Shown: positions 1 to 9,589, numbered from the stretch's first letter. The stretch is 64,000 bases of DNA from Candidatus Poribacteria bacterium (GCA_965232115.1 OZ246958.1:4806991-4870990), one strand, 5' to 3'. The notes: generated from the letters alone by a model not told the origin. Translations and numbers: made by a program.

Positions 1-58
1 CGAATTTGAAACATTGCTGGCGAAAATAGAACATCTCAAACAGGAAGAACCGTTATGA
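1..58 (+). CDS. 3' end of an upstream ORF (partial); its stop overlaps the next start as ATGA
   Basis: Frame 2 is open from the window edge to TGA at 56-58. It overlaps the ATG at 55, which suggests translational coupling with the nucleotidyltransferase gene. Confidence 0.25.
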   Translation, partial: EFETLLAKIEHLKQEEPL

Positions 59-369
59 AATACGGTTTATCAAATAGCACCCTCCAAAAAATTCAGGGCG
101 TTTTAAGCCATTATCCTCAAGTTGAAAAAGCAATTTTGTACGGTTCGCGCGCCACAGGTACCTACCGAAACGGTTCTGATATCGACCTTACGCTTTACGG
201 TGATGCCTTAACGCACAGCATACTCTCCCGAATTGATACCGAACTCGACGATCTTCTGCTACCCTACACAATTGACTTATCCATTTTTCATCAGATTGAC
301 AATCCTGCTATGGTTGAGCAAATTCAACGCATCGGGGTAAACTTTTATGAGAGATACGGAGAGGTCTAA
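55..369 (+). CDS. Nucleotidyltransferase-domain protein (MNT-like antitoxin type, Pol-beta superfamily)
   Basis: GSxATGTxxxxSDIDL motif typical of minimal nucleotidyltransferases; 104 aa. Confidence 0.7.
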   Translation: MKYGLSNSTLQKIQGVLSHYPQVEKAILYGSRATGTYRNGSDIDLTLYGDALTHSILSRIDTELDDLLLPYTIDLSIFHQIDNPAMVEQIQRIGVNFYERYGEV

Positions 370-402
370 CTTCAGGACTATTTACAATAACCCATTTTTC
401 AC

Positions 403-431
403 TTGACATCAGTTAACAAATAGAGTATAAT
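403..431 (+). promoter_or_regulatory. Consensus sigma70 promoter (TTGACA-17 bp-TATAAT)
   Basis: Exact -35 TTGACA at 403-408 and -10 TATAAT at 426-431 with a 17-bp spacer. The identical promoter recurs inverted at 55987-56015. Confidence 0.5.
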
Positions 432-682
432 ATATCATAAGACTTTCCAAAGAGGTGAATATTGTATCAATCTCCAAAACGCTGGCGCAGAAACCGACAC
501 AACATTTTTAGGGACTCCAGAAGTTTCTGACTGACTATCAACCACTGACTGCTGATTGCTGACCGCTGACTGCTAACTCAAAAATGTTACACTTTTCGCC
601 AAATTATTTTTTTTACAGCAGAAAATTAAACATCAACGAACCCTTACGGCCACTATGTTCTCTAACGTTACACACTGGACAC

Positions 683-709
683 AAAATGTTACACCAGTGT
701 AACATTTTT
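683..709 (+). terminator. 26-bp perfect palindrome AAAATGTTACAC-CA-GTGTAACATTTT followed by a T-run; putative intrinsic terminator or operator
   Basis: Perfect 12-bp arms. TTTTT follows immediately. Conserved in copy B (55767-55792) with a compensating loop change. Confidence 0.4.
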
Positions 710-1062
710 AAGGCAAATTGCCGAAAAATATACCATTAAGTTAAAACTGTATTCACATCCGTATTTTCACAGAGGACCGATTTATTCAGCAGTCCAAACC
801 TGCGCGACACCGATCCTGCAAACCTTTGAAGCCACAATCCTGACACTGAAAAGCACCCGAAAATTTCAGAGTGCCGCTGAATCCAAACCCATCCCAAAAC
901 CCTAAGAACCCATGCCCTACCTACATTTATACCGCTTTCCCAAGTTTACAGATTTCCCATTTTACTCTGAAATTCAATAATCCGTGATGTAGACACAGAA
1001 AACTATCAACCCAGAAATATCTCTAATCCTGAAAACCCTAAAAATCCGGATTTTGACAAATA

Positions 1063-1095
1063 TCTGCTGACTGCCAATAGCCAATAGCCAATAGC
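1063..1095 (+). repeat. Short tandem repeats (CTGACTG, then CCAATAG x3) upstream of glyQS
   Basis: ctgctgactgccaatagccaatagccaatagcc. Same motif family as 529-580, 11074-11098, 17493-17555 and 55898-55935. Confidence 0.6.
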
Positions 1096-1189
1096 CATTT
1101 GAAAATCCTTTGCTTAAAGAAATCTATTATGCTACAATAAATCTGCATCAATCAATACCAAAACGGAGCGTGCTAAGCAAAAAACAGAT

Positions 1190-4100
1190 ATGACTCTTCA
1201 AGAAATAATTCTGACATTAGAGAAATTTTGGGCAGATCAAGGCTGCATTATCCAACAACCTTGTGATATAGAAGTCGGCGCAGGCACATTCAACCCTGCA
1301 ACGTTCTTGCGGTGCCTCGGACCAGAGCCGTGGAAAGTCGCTTATGTAGAACCTGTCCGGCGCCCGACCGATGGCAGATACGCCGAAAATCCATTCCGCG
1401 TTGGGGCATACTATCAATATCAGGTAATCCTCAAACCCGCACCTGAGAACGTACTACCGCTCTACCTTGAGAGCCTTTATAGTCTCGGTATCTCCCCCCG
1501 CAAGAACGATATCCGATTCGTCGAAGACGACTGGGAGTCCCCGACCCTCGGTGCCTCAGGACTCGGTTGGGAAGTCTGGTGGAACGGCGCAGAAGTAACA
1601 CAATTCACCTATTTTCAGCAGATGGGAAGCATCGATCTCGACCCGATATGTGCTGAGATTACCTACGGGCTTGAACGCATCGCACTTTACCTACAGGATG
1701 TCGATGACTTTTTCGATATTCGCTGGAACGAACACGTTAACTACGGCGATGTCCACCGGCAGAGCGAAGTCGAATACTCAACTTACAACTTCGAGCAGGC
1801 AAACGTCCAGATGCTTTTCGACCTCTTCAGCACCTACGAAAAAGAGACGCACGCCTGCTTAGATGCCGGGTTAGTGCTACCAGCGACCGACCACGTCCTG
1901 AAATGCTCTCACACCTTCAATATGCTCGATGCCCGCGGTGTCATCAGCGTCACAGAACGGGTGAGTTACATTGAACGCGTGCGACGACTCGCACAACGGA
2001 TTGCACGGGCATACGTCAAACAGCGTGAAGAAATGGAACATCCCCTCATGGGACGTTTCGGCACGGTATCGCCTTCCACCACCATAGATGAGGTTTCTAA
2101 CCGCACCGAACTAGCTCCCACCCCGGTAGATACGGTTTCTAACCGCACTGAAACCACTGAGCTCCTCTTTGAAATCGGCACCGAAGAGATACCAGCAGGT
2201 TATGTCCCACCTGCGCTTGAGCAGCTTCGCGAAATCGCAACCGACTCCCTTACAAACCACAGAATCCCATTCGGCGAAATTGAAGTCCTGGGTACACCAA
2301 GGCGTATCACACTCAGTGTCAAAGACATAAAAACGCTTCAAGAAAGCCAAGAAACAGAAGTGGTAGGTCCCCCAAAACGCGTCGCGTACGACGAAAACGG
2401 TGAACCTACAAAAGCCGCTATCGGTTTCGCAAAGACGCAAGGCGTGGAACTCTCAGCACTCCGCATCGTTGAAACCGAACGTGGAGAATACGTCGCCGCC
2501 ACTAAACTCGAAGTAGGCGAACCGACGCAAAAGGTGTTGCAAACGCTTCTGCCTGAATGGATCGAAACCCTCCGCTTCCTGAAAACCATGCGTTGGGAAA
2601 CGGAGTATAAAGGACAGCGCGGGTTTGCACGTTTCGCACGTCCCATCCGGTGGCTCCTTGTGCTGTTAGGGAACGAAGTTGTCAACTGTGTTTACGGAGG
2701 ACTGGATGCAGGACGTGTAACTTACGGGCACAGAGCCTTGCATCCGGAACCCATAAATTTGGCATCAGCGAACTTAGACAATTATACCGAAGAACTCCGT
2801 GCTGTCGGTGTAGTCGTTAGTCAAAACGAGCGGCGCGAGACAATCAAAAAACAGGTAACACGTATCTTAAAAGCAGAAGGGTGTCTCCCAAAACTCGACG
2901 ACGAACTACTCGATACGGTGAATTACCTCGTAGAGAACCCACAACCTATCGTCGGCAATTTTAGTGAGTCGCATCTGGAAATACCGCCTGAAGTGCTAAT
3001 CACAGCCATGAAGAAGCATCAACGCTATTTTCCAATGTGGAAAGACGACACGGCACTTACGGCGAAATTCATTACAATCTCCAACGGGACAGATGGCAAT
3101 AGTGATGGCGTTCGACACGGAAACGAACGCGTACTCCACGCCAGACTCAACGATGCCGAGTTTTTCTACAATGAAGATCAGAAAACCAGTCTTGCGGATA
3201 AGGTAGAACGTTTAGGCGCAGTTATTTTTCATACCAAACTCGGTTCACTCTTCGAGAAATCAGAACGGCTTAAAGCACTCGTTTCGTTTATCGGTAAACA
3301 GCTGCAGCTCGAAGAAACAATCGTCTGTCATGCAGAACGCGCAGCTTGGCTCTCTAAGGCAGATCTGACAACCCAAATGGTCATCGAATTCCCATCACTG
3401 CAGGGTATTACGGGGAAATATTACACCCAAAACTCCGGTGAAGAGGAACCCGTCGCTATTGCCATCGCCGAACACTACCAACCCCTTGGCGCAGATACAC
3501 CACTGCCCGAAACCGAAATCGGCGCGATCGTCTCTATTGCCGATAAAATTGACACCATCGTCGGATATTTCGGGATAGAAGAACGTCCAACAGGCTCGCA
3601 AGACCCGTACTCGCTACGACGACATGCCCTTGGGACAATCCGTATCCTCCAAGACCGACAGCTTCCGCTCGCTTTAGATGCCATCGTCCAAAAAGCCGTC
3701 TCACTGTACAAGGTAGCGTTAGCCGACGACACACAAACGAGTGTCCTGAACTTCATCAAAGAACGCCTACGCGTCATCTTGTTGCTGACAGAGCAATACG
3801 CTCCCGACCTCGCCGATGCCGTCTTAGCAGTTGGCAATGTAGACATTATCAACATTCTCAAACGTGCCAACGCACTTGCCGAATTTCGCTTGACACCAAA
3901 TTTTGAGGAAGTATATAATGCACTAAATCGGGTCCTGAGGATTTTACCACAGAATCCCCCAGAAACCGTAGATGCTACGCTGTTGCATGACGATGCCGAA
4001 AAGCAACTGTTCGACCTTATCACTGAAGTAGAACCGAACTTTAAGCAAAGCGTTCAGGAACGCGACTATGCCAAACTTCTAACACAACTCGCCGCTTTAC

Positions 4101-4249
4101 AACCAGCAATAGACACATTCTTTGATGAGGTGCTGGTCATGGCGAAAGAACCCGCACTCCGCACAAACCGATTGGCATTGTTGAACCGAATCGGACGAAA
4201 CATTTATGCTATCGCAGATCTTACAAAACTTGTAATCGCAGGGAAATAA
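1190..4249 (+). CDS. glyQS: Glycine--tRNA ligase, fused alpha (GlyQ) and beta (GlyS) subunits
   Basis: N-terminal 300 aa is the GlyQ signature ([18 protein letters not shown]). The remaining ~690 aa is GlyS-like. One ORF of 1019 aa. Confidence 0.9.
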   Translation: MTLQEIILTLEKFWADQGCIIQQPCDIEVGAGTFNPATFLRCLGPEPWKVAYVEPVRRPTDGRYAENPFRVGAYYQYQVILKPAPENVLPLYLESLYSLGISPRKNDIRFVEDDWESPTLGASGLGWEVWWNGAEVTQFTYFQQMGSIDLDPICAEITYGLERIALYLQDVDDFFDIRWNEHVNYGDVHRQSEVEYSTYNFEQANVQMLFDLFSTYEKETHACLDAGLVLPATDHVLKCSHTFNMLDARGVISVTERVSYIERVRRLAQRIARAYVKQREEMEHPLMGRFGTVSPSTTIDEVSNRTELAPTPVDTVSNRTETTELLFEIGTEEIPAGYVPPALEQLREIATDSLTNHRIPFGEIEVLGTPRRITLSVKDIKTLQESQETEVVGPPKRVAYDENGEPTKAAIGFAKTQGVELSALRIVETERGEYVAATKLEVGEPTQKVLQTLLPEWIETLRFLKTMRWETEYKGQRGFARFARPIRWLLVLLGNEVVNCVYGGLDAGRVTYGHRALHPEPINLASANLDNYTEELRAVGVVVSQNERRETIKKQVTRILKAEGCLPKLDDELLDTVNYLVENPQPIVGNFSESHLEIPPEVLITAMKKHQRYFPMWKDDTALTAKFITISNGTDGNSDGVRHGNERVLHARLNDAEFFYNEDQKTSLADKVERLGAVIFHTKLGSLFEKSERLKALVSFIGKQLQLEETIVCHAERAAWLSKADLTTQMVIEFPSLQGITGKYYTQNSGEEEPVAIAIAEHYQPLGADTPLPETEIGAIVSIADKIDTIVGYFGIEERPTGSQDPYSLRRHALGTIRILQDRQLPLALDAIVQKAVSLYKVALADDTQTSVLNFIKERLRVILLLTEQYAPDLADAVLAVGNVDIINILKRANALAEFRLTPNFEEVYNALNRVLRILPQNPPETVDATLLHDDAEKQLFDLITEVEPNFKQSVQERDYAKLLTQLAALQPAIDTFFDEVLVMAKEPALRTNRLALLNRIGRNIYAIADLTKLVIAGK
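2088..2158 (+). repeat. Two in-frame copies of the GGTTTCTAACCGCAC palindromic element in the glyQS inter-domain linker
   Basis: gaggtttctaaccgcaccg and acggtttctaaccgcactg encode VSNRTE twice exactly at the alpha/beta junction. The same element follows stop codons at 8288-8318 and 8712-8746. Confidence 0.5.
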
Positions 4250-4422
4250 CAAATAGCAGTCAGGTCGTTCTGTGCTGCGCACGCCACTTTCAGCCGTGAG
4301 CGGTCAGTCACTCGCTTGTGGAAAATAAAAACGTTTGTGACTGCTATACGGTTTAACTGACAACTGAAAGTGAGCGTAGTGAACGTACTGACAACTGACA
4401 ACTATAAAACGAGAGGAAAAAC

Positions 4423-7400
4423 ATGAAACGACGCGTTGAATATCTGCTGTGGCAGACACACCTTATTCTCTTATGTATCGCTGCTACCGCCTTTCTGATG
4501 GGATGCGGTGAGAAGGAGAATAGGGACATTATCGAAGCGCGAGCCGCCATTGTTCGCGGGGATTATACCGCCGCACAAGCCGCCGCTGAAAGAACAGAAG
4601 CTGGAAACCAAGAAGCGACGCACTTACGCGCCTTCTTGCAAAATCGGACACGCACTGATGCCAACAGTTGGCATCAAGCCATTGCAGCGTCAAACGCGTA
4701 TCTCGAAACATTGGCTACCGACATCCGCGCGATCTCATTACAAGAAGATCCTGACTCCGACGAACTCGATCGACAAGAAAGACTCACCCGTTCACAGAAC
4801 GCTATCTCTGGACTCTTTGCCCTGTCACTCGCTGAGGCGGTCGAAAAACGGGCAGAACTGCTATCCGAACTCACCATACCCGCAGACACCGGGGTCGTCA
4901 TAGCACTTTTAGCTGCGGAAAAGTGTTATCAATCTAATGCCCGGGCAGCTGCCAGACAACTGATAACCCAACTTGGAGATGGAGAACGCGTTGCTGAATT
5001 ACTCCAACAAGCAACACACCATTCAGACACAGCCGTACAAAAAGAAGCAATCCGCCACCTCGGTGCCATGCGTAAACCTGACTTTATACCGGTCTTTGAA
5101 GATGCGCTCGCCAAAACCGATAGCTCACCAGAGGTCGCGTATAGAGCAATCGTCGCTCTTGAACAACTCAGAAGGGTACTCCCCGATGGTACAGCCATTG
5201 TAACCGGACTGCAACTTGCACTGAAACATAACAGTGCTCAAGTTCGGATGCACGCCGCAAAACTCATCGGAGCCATCCAAGCCCAAACCGCTGTGCCCGA
5301 CCTTATCAGGCTCCTCGCGGATCCGAATACTTATGTCAAAGATACAGCCATAGATGCCCTTAACCGCATAGGCGAACCCGCGGTTGCACCACTGATTGAG
5401 GTCCTCAACACAAAAGCACACAACCTCATCCCTGACGAAGATAGCGGTTTCACCACAGAATACCAATACATCGCGAGTGCATACATCGACGATTTATGGA
5501 TGAAAAAATACCGAATCGGGACACAATCCGCTGCAATCAAAGCACTCGGACTGCTCCAAGCAGAAGCCGGCGCACAGCCACTCATAAATGAACTATCAAA
5601 CGAAGAATTACAAACAGAAGCCTTAGCAGCACTCGTCCAGATGCGCAACGTCGCTGTGCCTTTTCTGATTGATGCCCTTAAAAACGCCTCTGATGCAATT
5701 CGCGTACAGGTCGCAGATACGCTCGGACAAATCGGGGATCGGCGCGCAATAGTACCTCTCATTGAAGCACTAAATACAGATCCACATAAAGAGGTGAAAG
5801 CATTCGCAGCGATAGGACTTGGTAATATGTACGCCCGCGGCGAAAACAACAGCGCAGTCACGGCACTCACCAACGCACTCTCCTATGACGATACCACTGC
5901 CACTAACGCAGCGGAGGCGCTTGGAAAAATCAGCGTCACCACAGAAGATGCCGTCCAAAAACTGATTATCATTGCGCTCGATAAACAGATGCGTGAAACC
6001 TTGCGCGCTGCAGCACTTACCGCACTCTGGCGACTCAAACCGGAAAAAGCAGTTCAACCGATGCTACTCCTCACGTTCAGCGACGAAACCAGCCCCGTCC
6101 TCCGTGCCAGTGCCGTCAAAACTTTGAGCCGCATAAAAGCACCTGAAACCGTGCCTATTTTGACATGGATGCTCTCTACACGATTCGATGAAATCTCAGA
6201 TTTTCAGAGGCACATGAAACGCGAGTATAAAACGCTTGACACACTTCGAACACAAGTTGATTCCTTCCAGATTCAGTGGACCCCTGACTACCCACAAACC
6301 AACTACCGCACATGGGGTGAACTTAAACCGATTCCCAGTCTCGTCCGTAGTGAAGTTGCCCGGGCACTTGGCGTTATCAAAGGAGAAACCGTCATAGAAC
6401 CCTTAGTTCGCGCACTTGAAGACGACGGACGTGCTACGGTGCGACAGAGCGCAGCATGGGCACTCGGTGAAGTCAAAGGCGACCCGACAATCGCACCACT
6501 TGTAAATGCACTGAAAAAGGATAAACAAGGCGTCGTCCGGCAAGAAGCAGCCATTGCCTTGGGAAAAATCAAAGGACAAAAAGTTGTCGATCCGCTTGTA
6601 GATGCGCTGAAAAATGATAAGTATGAAACGACACGCTTTCAAGCCGCAAAGGCTCTCCGAGAAATCCAAGCCGGAGATGAAGGGCTTGTTGATGTTGTCA
6701 AGAAGGGGTTAGGAAACTTTGATGACGGATATGAAGTCCAATCCGTACAAGACGAAGTCATCGGCGCACTAATCAAAGATGGAAATGTTGCAACATCTAC
6801 ATTCGCAGTCGAGGCATTAAAATCTGCCGATGATGAGTGGACGCGATGGGCACTTGTACATGTTATCGGCACACTGAGTAAAAAACCCGCGCTTGATGCA
6901 ATGGTGGCAGAACTGAATCATCCGAGCTTCGTCGTCCGTAAACGGGTGACAGAAACGCTCGGCGGTTTCAAAGAACGGAGCGTTGTCGATTCATTAATTA
7001 TTGTTCTCGAAAACACCGATGAGATGAAATCCATACGTGCTGGCGCTGCCAATGCACTGGCTGGACTCAAAGACGAACGCGCTGCAGCAGCACTCCTGAA
7101 CGCACTCACCGATGAAAACGCCGAAGTCCGGTTGAGAGCCGTCACAGGCTTAGGAAACCTCAAGGATGCAAAAGCCGTCGCGAAACTCAGCGAAATTCTT
7201 GAGAATCCGTTAGAACCAGATGATGTCCGCGCCGCCGCTGCAACTGCTCTCGGTAACATCGCCGATAAAACAACCGAACCCGCTCTGATCCGCGCGTTAG
7301 ACATCCGCGTAGGAAATATCTCCAAAAACGCTATTATTGCTCTCGGTAAACTCGAAAGCGAAGCCGCTATCCCAAAACTCATCGCTATCCTTGAGGATAA

Positions 7401-8271
7401 ACGGATCCCATTGGATGCCAGTACAAACGCGTTAGCCAATGCCTCATCACGGACAAAAGCCGCAATTGCTCTTAGCGAAATCGGTGGATCCCGTGCCGCT
7501 GAAGCACTCGGGAAACGTCTCATTGACGACACAGAATATATCGTCGCTCTTGAGGACGCAGCAAACAGGAAAGCTATCGGTGCTGATGACCTCAAACGAA
7601 ATTGGAGTTGGGAAGCCTTCGTCAACGCTGGCAAAAAACTCGACTTACCAGCGTTCGTTGCTCCCAAAATGGCTGAGCGTACAGCGGATACGTGGGAAAA
7701 TCATCAGGTCAGAAACGCCGCAACGGTTGCCCTCGGTAAATCTGGCACTGTTACGGATACCTCCTATTTTAAAGAACTCTTAACCGATCCGGTTGTGGAT
7801 ATCCGAAAAGCCGCGGCACTCGCCATCGGACAAGCTGGAATCCGGGAACTCACGCCAGAACTCATCCAGATAATGACAGGTGAAACCGAAGTCAACAAGG
7901 ATGTCCGGCGCGCCGCTACACAAGGACTCGGCGAAATCGCTGATGAAACAACAACCGATATCCTCATCGAAGTTATGAATAACGACGATAACCACGTCGA
8001 AATTCGCCGCGATGCGTCAAGGGCATTGGGTAATATCGGAACCGACAAAGCGGTAGATGCGTTAGTCAAAAAACTCAGAGCACTGCATGAAGCCCAAATT
8101 ACAAGAGGGCTCCGCCTTGACACCATCAAGGCTCTTGGCGATGCAAAAAACGCGAACGCCATCGCAGTGTTAGAATTGGTTCTCAAAGACCAAGACGCAG
8201 AGATTCACTTCCAAGCTGCTGCTGCACTTTTTGAAATTACAGGTGAGGGCTACGGCTACAACCGCATCTAA
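4423..8271 (+). CDS. Large HEAT/PBS-lyase-repeat lipoprotein
   Basis: Signal peptide with lipobox (LMGCG). Dozens of HEAT-like repeats (VRxxAAxALGxIxxxxAVxPLxxxLxD) across 1282 aa. Confidence 0.75.
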   Translation: MKRRVEYLLWQTHLILLCIAATAFLMGCGEKENRDIIEARAAIVRGDYTAAQAAAERTEAGNQEATHLRAFLQNRTRTDANSWHQAIAASNAYLETLATDIRAISLQEDPDSDELDRQERLTRSQNAISGLFALSLAEAVEKRAELLSELTIPADTGVVIALLAAEKCYQSNARAAARQLITQLGDGERVAELLQQATHHSDTAVQKEAIRHLGAMRKPDFIPVFEDALAKTDSSPEVAYRAIVALEQLRRVLPDGTAIVTGLQLALKHNSAQVRMHAAKLIGAIQAQTAVPDLIRLLADPNTYVKDTAIDALNRIGEPAVAPLIEVLNTKAHNLIPDEDSGFTTEYQYIASAYIDDLWMKKYRIGTQSAAIKALGLLQAEAGAQPLINELSNEELQTEALAALVQMRNVAVPFLIDALKNASDAIRVQVADTLGQIGDRRAIVPLIEALNTDPHKEVKAFAAIGLGNMYARGENNSAVTALTNALSYDDTTATNAAEALGKISVTTEDAVQKLIIIALDKQMRETLRAAALTALWRLKPEKAVQPMLLLTFSDETSPVLRASAVKTLSRIKAPETVPILTWMLSTRFDEISDFQRHMKREYKTLDTLRTQVDSFQIQWTPDYPQTNYRTWGELKPIPSLVRSEVARALGVIKGETVIEPLVRALEDDGRATVRQSAAWALGEVKGDPTIAPLVNALKKDKQGVVRQEAAIALGKIKGQKVVDPLVDALKNDKYETTRFQAAKALREIQAGDEGLVDVVKKGLGNFDDGYEVQSVQDEVIGALIKDGNVATSTFAVEALKSADDEWTRWALVHVIGTLSKKPALDAMVAELNHPSFVVRKRVTETLGGFKERSVVDSLIIVLENTDEMKSIRAGAANALAGLKDERAAAALLNALTDENAEVRLRAVTGLGNLKDAKAVAKLSEILENPLEPDDVRAAAATALGNIADKTTEPALIRALDIRVGNISKNAIIALGKLESEAAIPKLIAILEDKRIPLDASTNALANASSRTKAAIALSEIGGSRAAEALGKRLIDDTEYIVALEDAANRKAIGADDLKRNWSWEAFVNAGKKLDLPAFVAPKMAERTADTWENHQVRNAATVALGKSGTVTDTSYFKELLTDPVVDIRKAAALAIGQAGIRELTPELIQIMTGETEVNKDVRRAATQGLGEIADETTTDILIEVMNNDDNHVEIRRDASRALGNIGTDKAVDALVKKLRALHEAQITRGLRLDTIKALGDAKNANAIAVLELVLKDQDAEIHFQAAAALFEITGEGYGYNRI

Positions 8272-8287
8272 TCGCCTATTTTCCCTT

Positions 8288-8318
8288 TTTAATCGGTAGG
8301 CGAGGTTTCTAACCTCGC
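8288..8318 (+). repeat. Palindromic element CGGTAGGCGAGGTTTCTAACCTCGCC just after the stop codon
   Basis: Perfect hairpin GGCGAGGTT/AACCTCGCC around a TCTAA loop. Family member of 8712-8746. Confidence 0.55.
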
Positions 8319-8377
8319 CAATGTTAATGTCCAATTAATTCTAAAATCTACCATATTTTTTTATTTAGGAGCGTTAC

Positions 8378-8701
8378 ATGGCTTTCTTTGAATTACGGCA
8401 ATACAGAACGCAACCCGGGCAACGCGAGAATTGGGTCAAATACATGGAAGAGACCGTTATCCCCTTCCAAATTTCTAAAGGGATGGTCGTCATCGGCAGC
8501 TTCATCGGTGAAGAAGAGGACGACCTTTACGTCTGGATCCGCCGCTTTGAGAGCGAAGCACAGCGCGAACAACTCTACGCAGCCGTTTATGAAGATGACC
8601 GGTGGTTAAACGAAATTTCACCCCGCGTCGGCGAATTGATTGATAGGGAAAAAATCGTCGTCACACGCCTCAAACCCACTTCTCGCTCAGCACATCAATA
8701 G
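8378..8701 (+). CDS. NIPSNAP-family protein (dimeric alpha/beta barrel)
   Basis: 107 aa. ELRxY...G...GxF..E.G..N.V..L..Y.....R...R.....D..W pattern typical of NIPSNAP. Confidence 0.6.
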   Translation: MAFFELRQYRTQPGQRENWVKYMEETVIPFQISKGMVVIGSFIGEEEDDLYVWIRRFESEAQREQLYAAVYEDDRWLNEISPRVGELIDREKIVVTRLKPTSRSAHQ

Positions 8702-8711
8702 TCCTCGTTAA

Positions 8712-8746
8712 AAGACCCGGTAGGTGCGGTTTCTAACCGCACCGGA
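8712..8746 (+). repeat. Palindromic element CCGGTAGGTGCGGTTTCTAACCGCACCGGACC after the stop codon
   Basis: Perfect inverted repeat GGTGCGGTT / AACCGCACC. Could act as a terminator hairpin, but no T-tract follows. Confidence 0.55.
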
Positions 8747-8814
8747 CCTTACCGAATTATTTTTTTAACTTCATTTACCTTGCGCCCCTGTTAAAAGTCC
8801 AAAACGGAGGTGAT

Positions 8815-9564
8815 TTGATGGGACCTGAAGAAAAATATCTGTTTGACCTTTGGGGCTATATCAACATCGAAAACGTCTTAGAAACAGACGAACTCGCTGC
8901 ATTGAATGCCCTAATCGACGCACAAGAGTACCCCGATCCCGTCGACGATGATGTTTATTCACAGAGGTTCGGCGGATTCTTGAATTGGGAGAACGACGCA
9001 TTCCGAAAACTCCTCAACCATCCGCGCATCATGCCGTTTTTGGCGGAGATCGTCGGTCCAAAATTCCGACTCGATCACGTCTACGGCATCCTTATGATAG
9101 AGGGAAACCCAGGCGGAAGGCTCCACGGCGGCGGTACGCCTTACGACCCAGCGCAGTACTACGTCTTTCGGAATGACCGGATGTATAACGGCTTAACCGT
9201 CGCATCATGGGCATTGACCGATATGCTGCCAGGACACGGAGGTTTCTGCTGTATTCCCGGAAGCCACAAGAGTAATTATCGGTGTCCAGACGATTTCCGA
9301 CCCGTTGAGGAGAACAAAATCTGCATGGCACCGGTACATCAGAAGGCGGGAGATGTCGTCATCTTCACAGAAGCATTGACGCACGGCACCCTCCCCTGGA
9401 CCGCTTCACATGAACGCCGTTCAATTCTGTTCAAGTACTCACCAGGGCACTCGTCATGGGGGCAAGGCAGATACGACGATGAACTCCGCAACCTAATGGC
9501 AGATGAGGATCAGAAGTTGATGCTGGAGCCGCCTTACGTCGCAAATCGGAAACAAGTGGTTTAG
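8815..9564 (+). CDS. Phytanoyl-CoA dioxygenase (PhyH) family Fe(II)/2-oxoglutarate dioxygenase
   Basis: PhyH-like HxD...H signature (HGGGTPYD, IPGSHK). One of three paralogs in the window. Confidence 0.7.
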   Translation: MMGPEEKYLFDLWGYINIENVLETDELAALNALIDAQEYPDPVDDDVYSQRFGGFLNWENDAFRKLLNHPRIMPFLAEIVGPKFRLDHVYGILMIEGNPGGRLHGGGTPYDPAQYYVFRNDRMYNGLTVASWALTDMLPGHGGFCCIPGSHKSNYRCPDDFRPVEENKICMAPVHQKAGDVVIFTEALTHGTLPWTASHERRSILFKYSPGHSSWGQGRYDDELRNLMADEDQKLMLEPPYVANRKQVV

Positions 9565-9589
9565 GAATATTTTCAGTGTTACACCCTTT

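Larger units (their letters stand above)
403..765 (+). repeat. Copy A of an inverted duplicated cassette of 320-360 bp (promoter, conserved transcribed region, palindrome terminator)
   Basis: Reverse complement of 55700-56018 aligns over essentially the whole length at roughly 85-90% identity by eye. Copy A has an extra block of about 100 bp (481-579) rich in CTGACTG repeats. Confidence 0.6.

Noticed and set aside
580-1189. T-box riboswitch leader upstream of glyQS
   Set aside because: glyQS is T-box regulated in Firmicutes. No T-box consensus (AATTAGGGTGGNACCGCG) or specifier-loop architecture is present here. The conserved element is instead duplicated elsewhere in the window.
1217-4282. 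Multiple 60-180 aa ORFs on the minus strand and in alternate frames inside glyQS (for example 1217..1417, 2111..2440, 3475..4023)
   Set aside because: They lie entirely inside a strongly supported long gene on the opposite strand, have low-complexity or odd composition, and lack an RBS. Judged to be chance ORFs.
4508-8186. Alternate-frame and antisense ORFs inside the HEAT-repeat gene (for example 4508..4903, 5331..5873, 6918..7667)
   Set aside because: Same reasoning. Ala/Ser/Arg-rich translations are typical of antisense reading of GC-biased codons.
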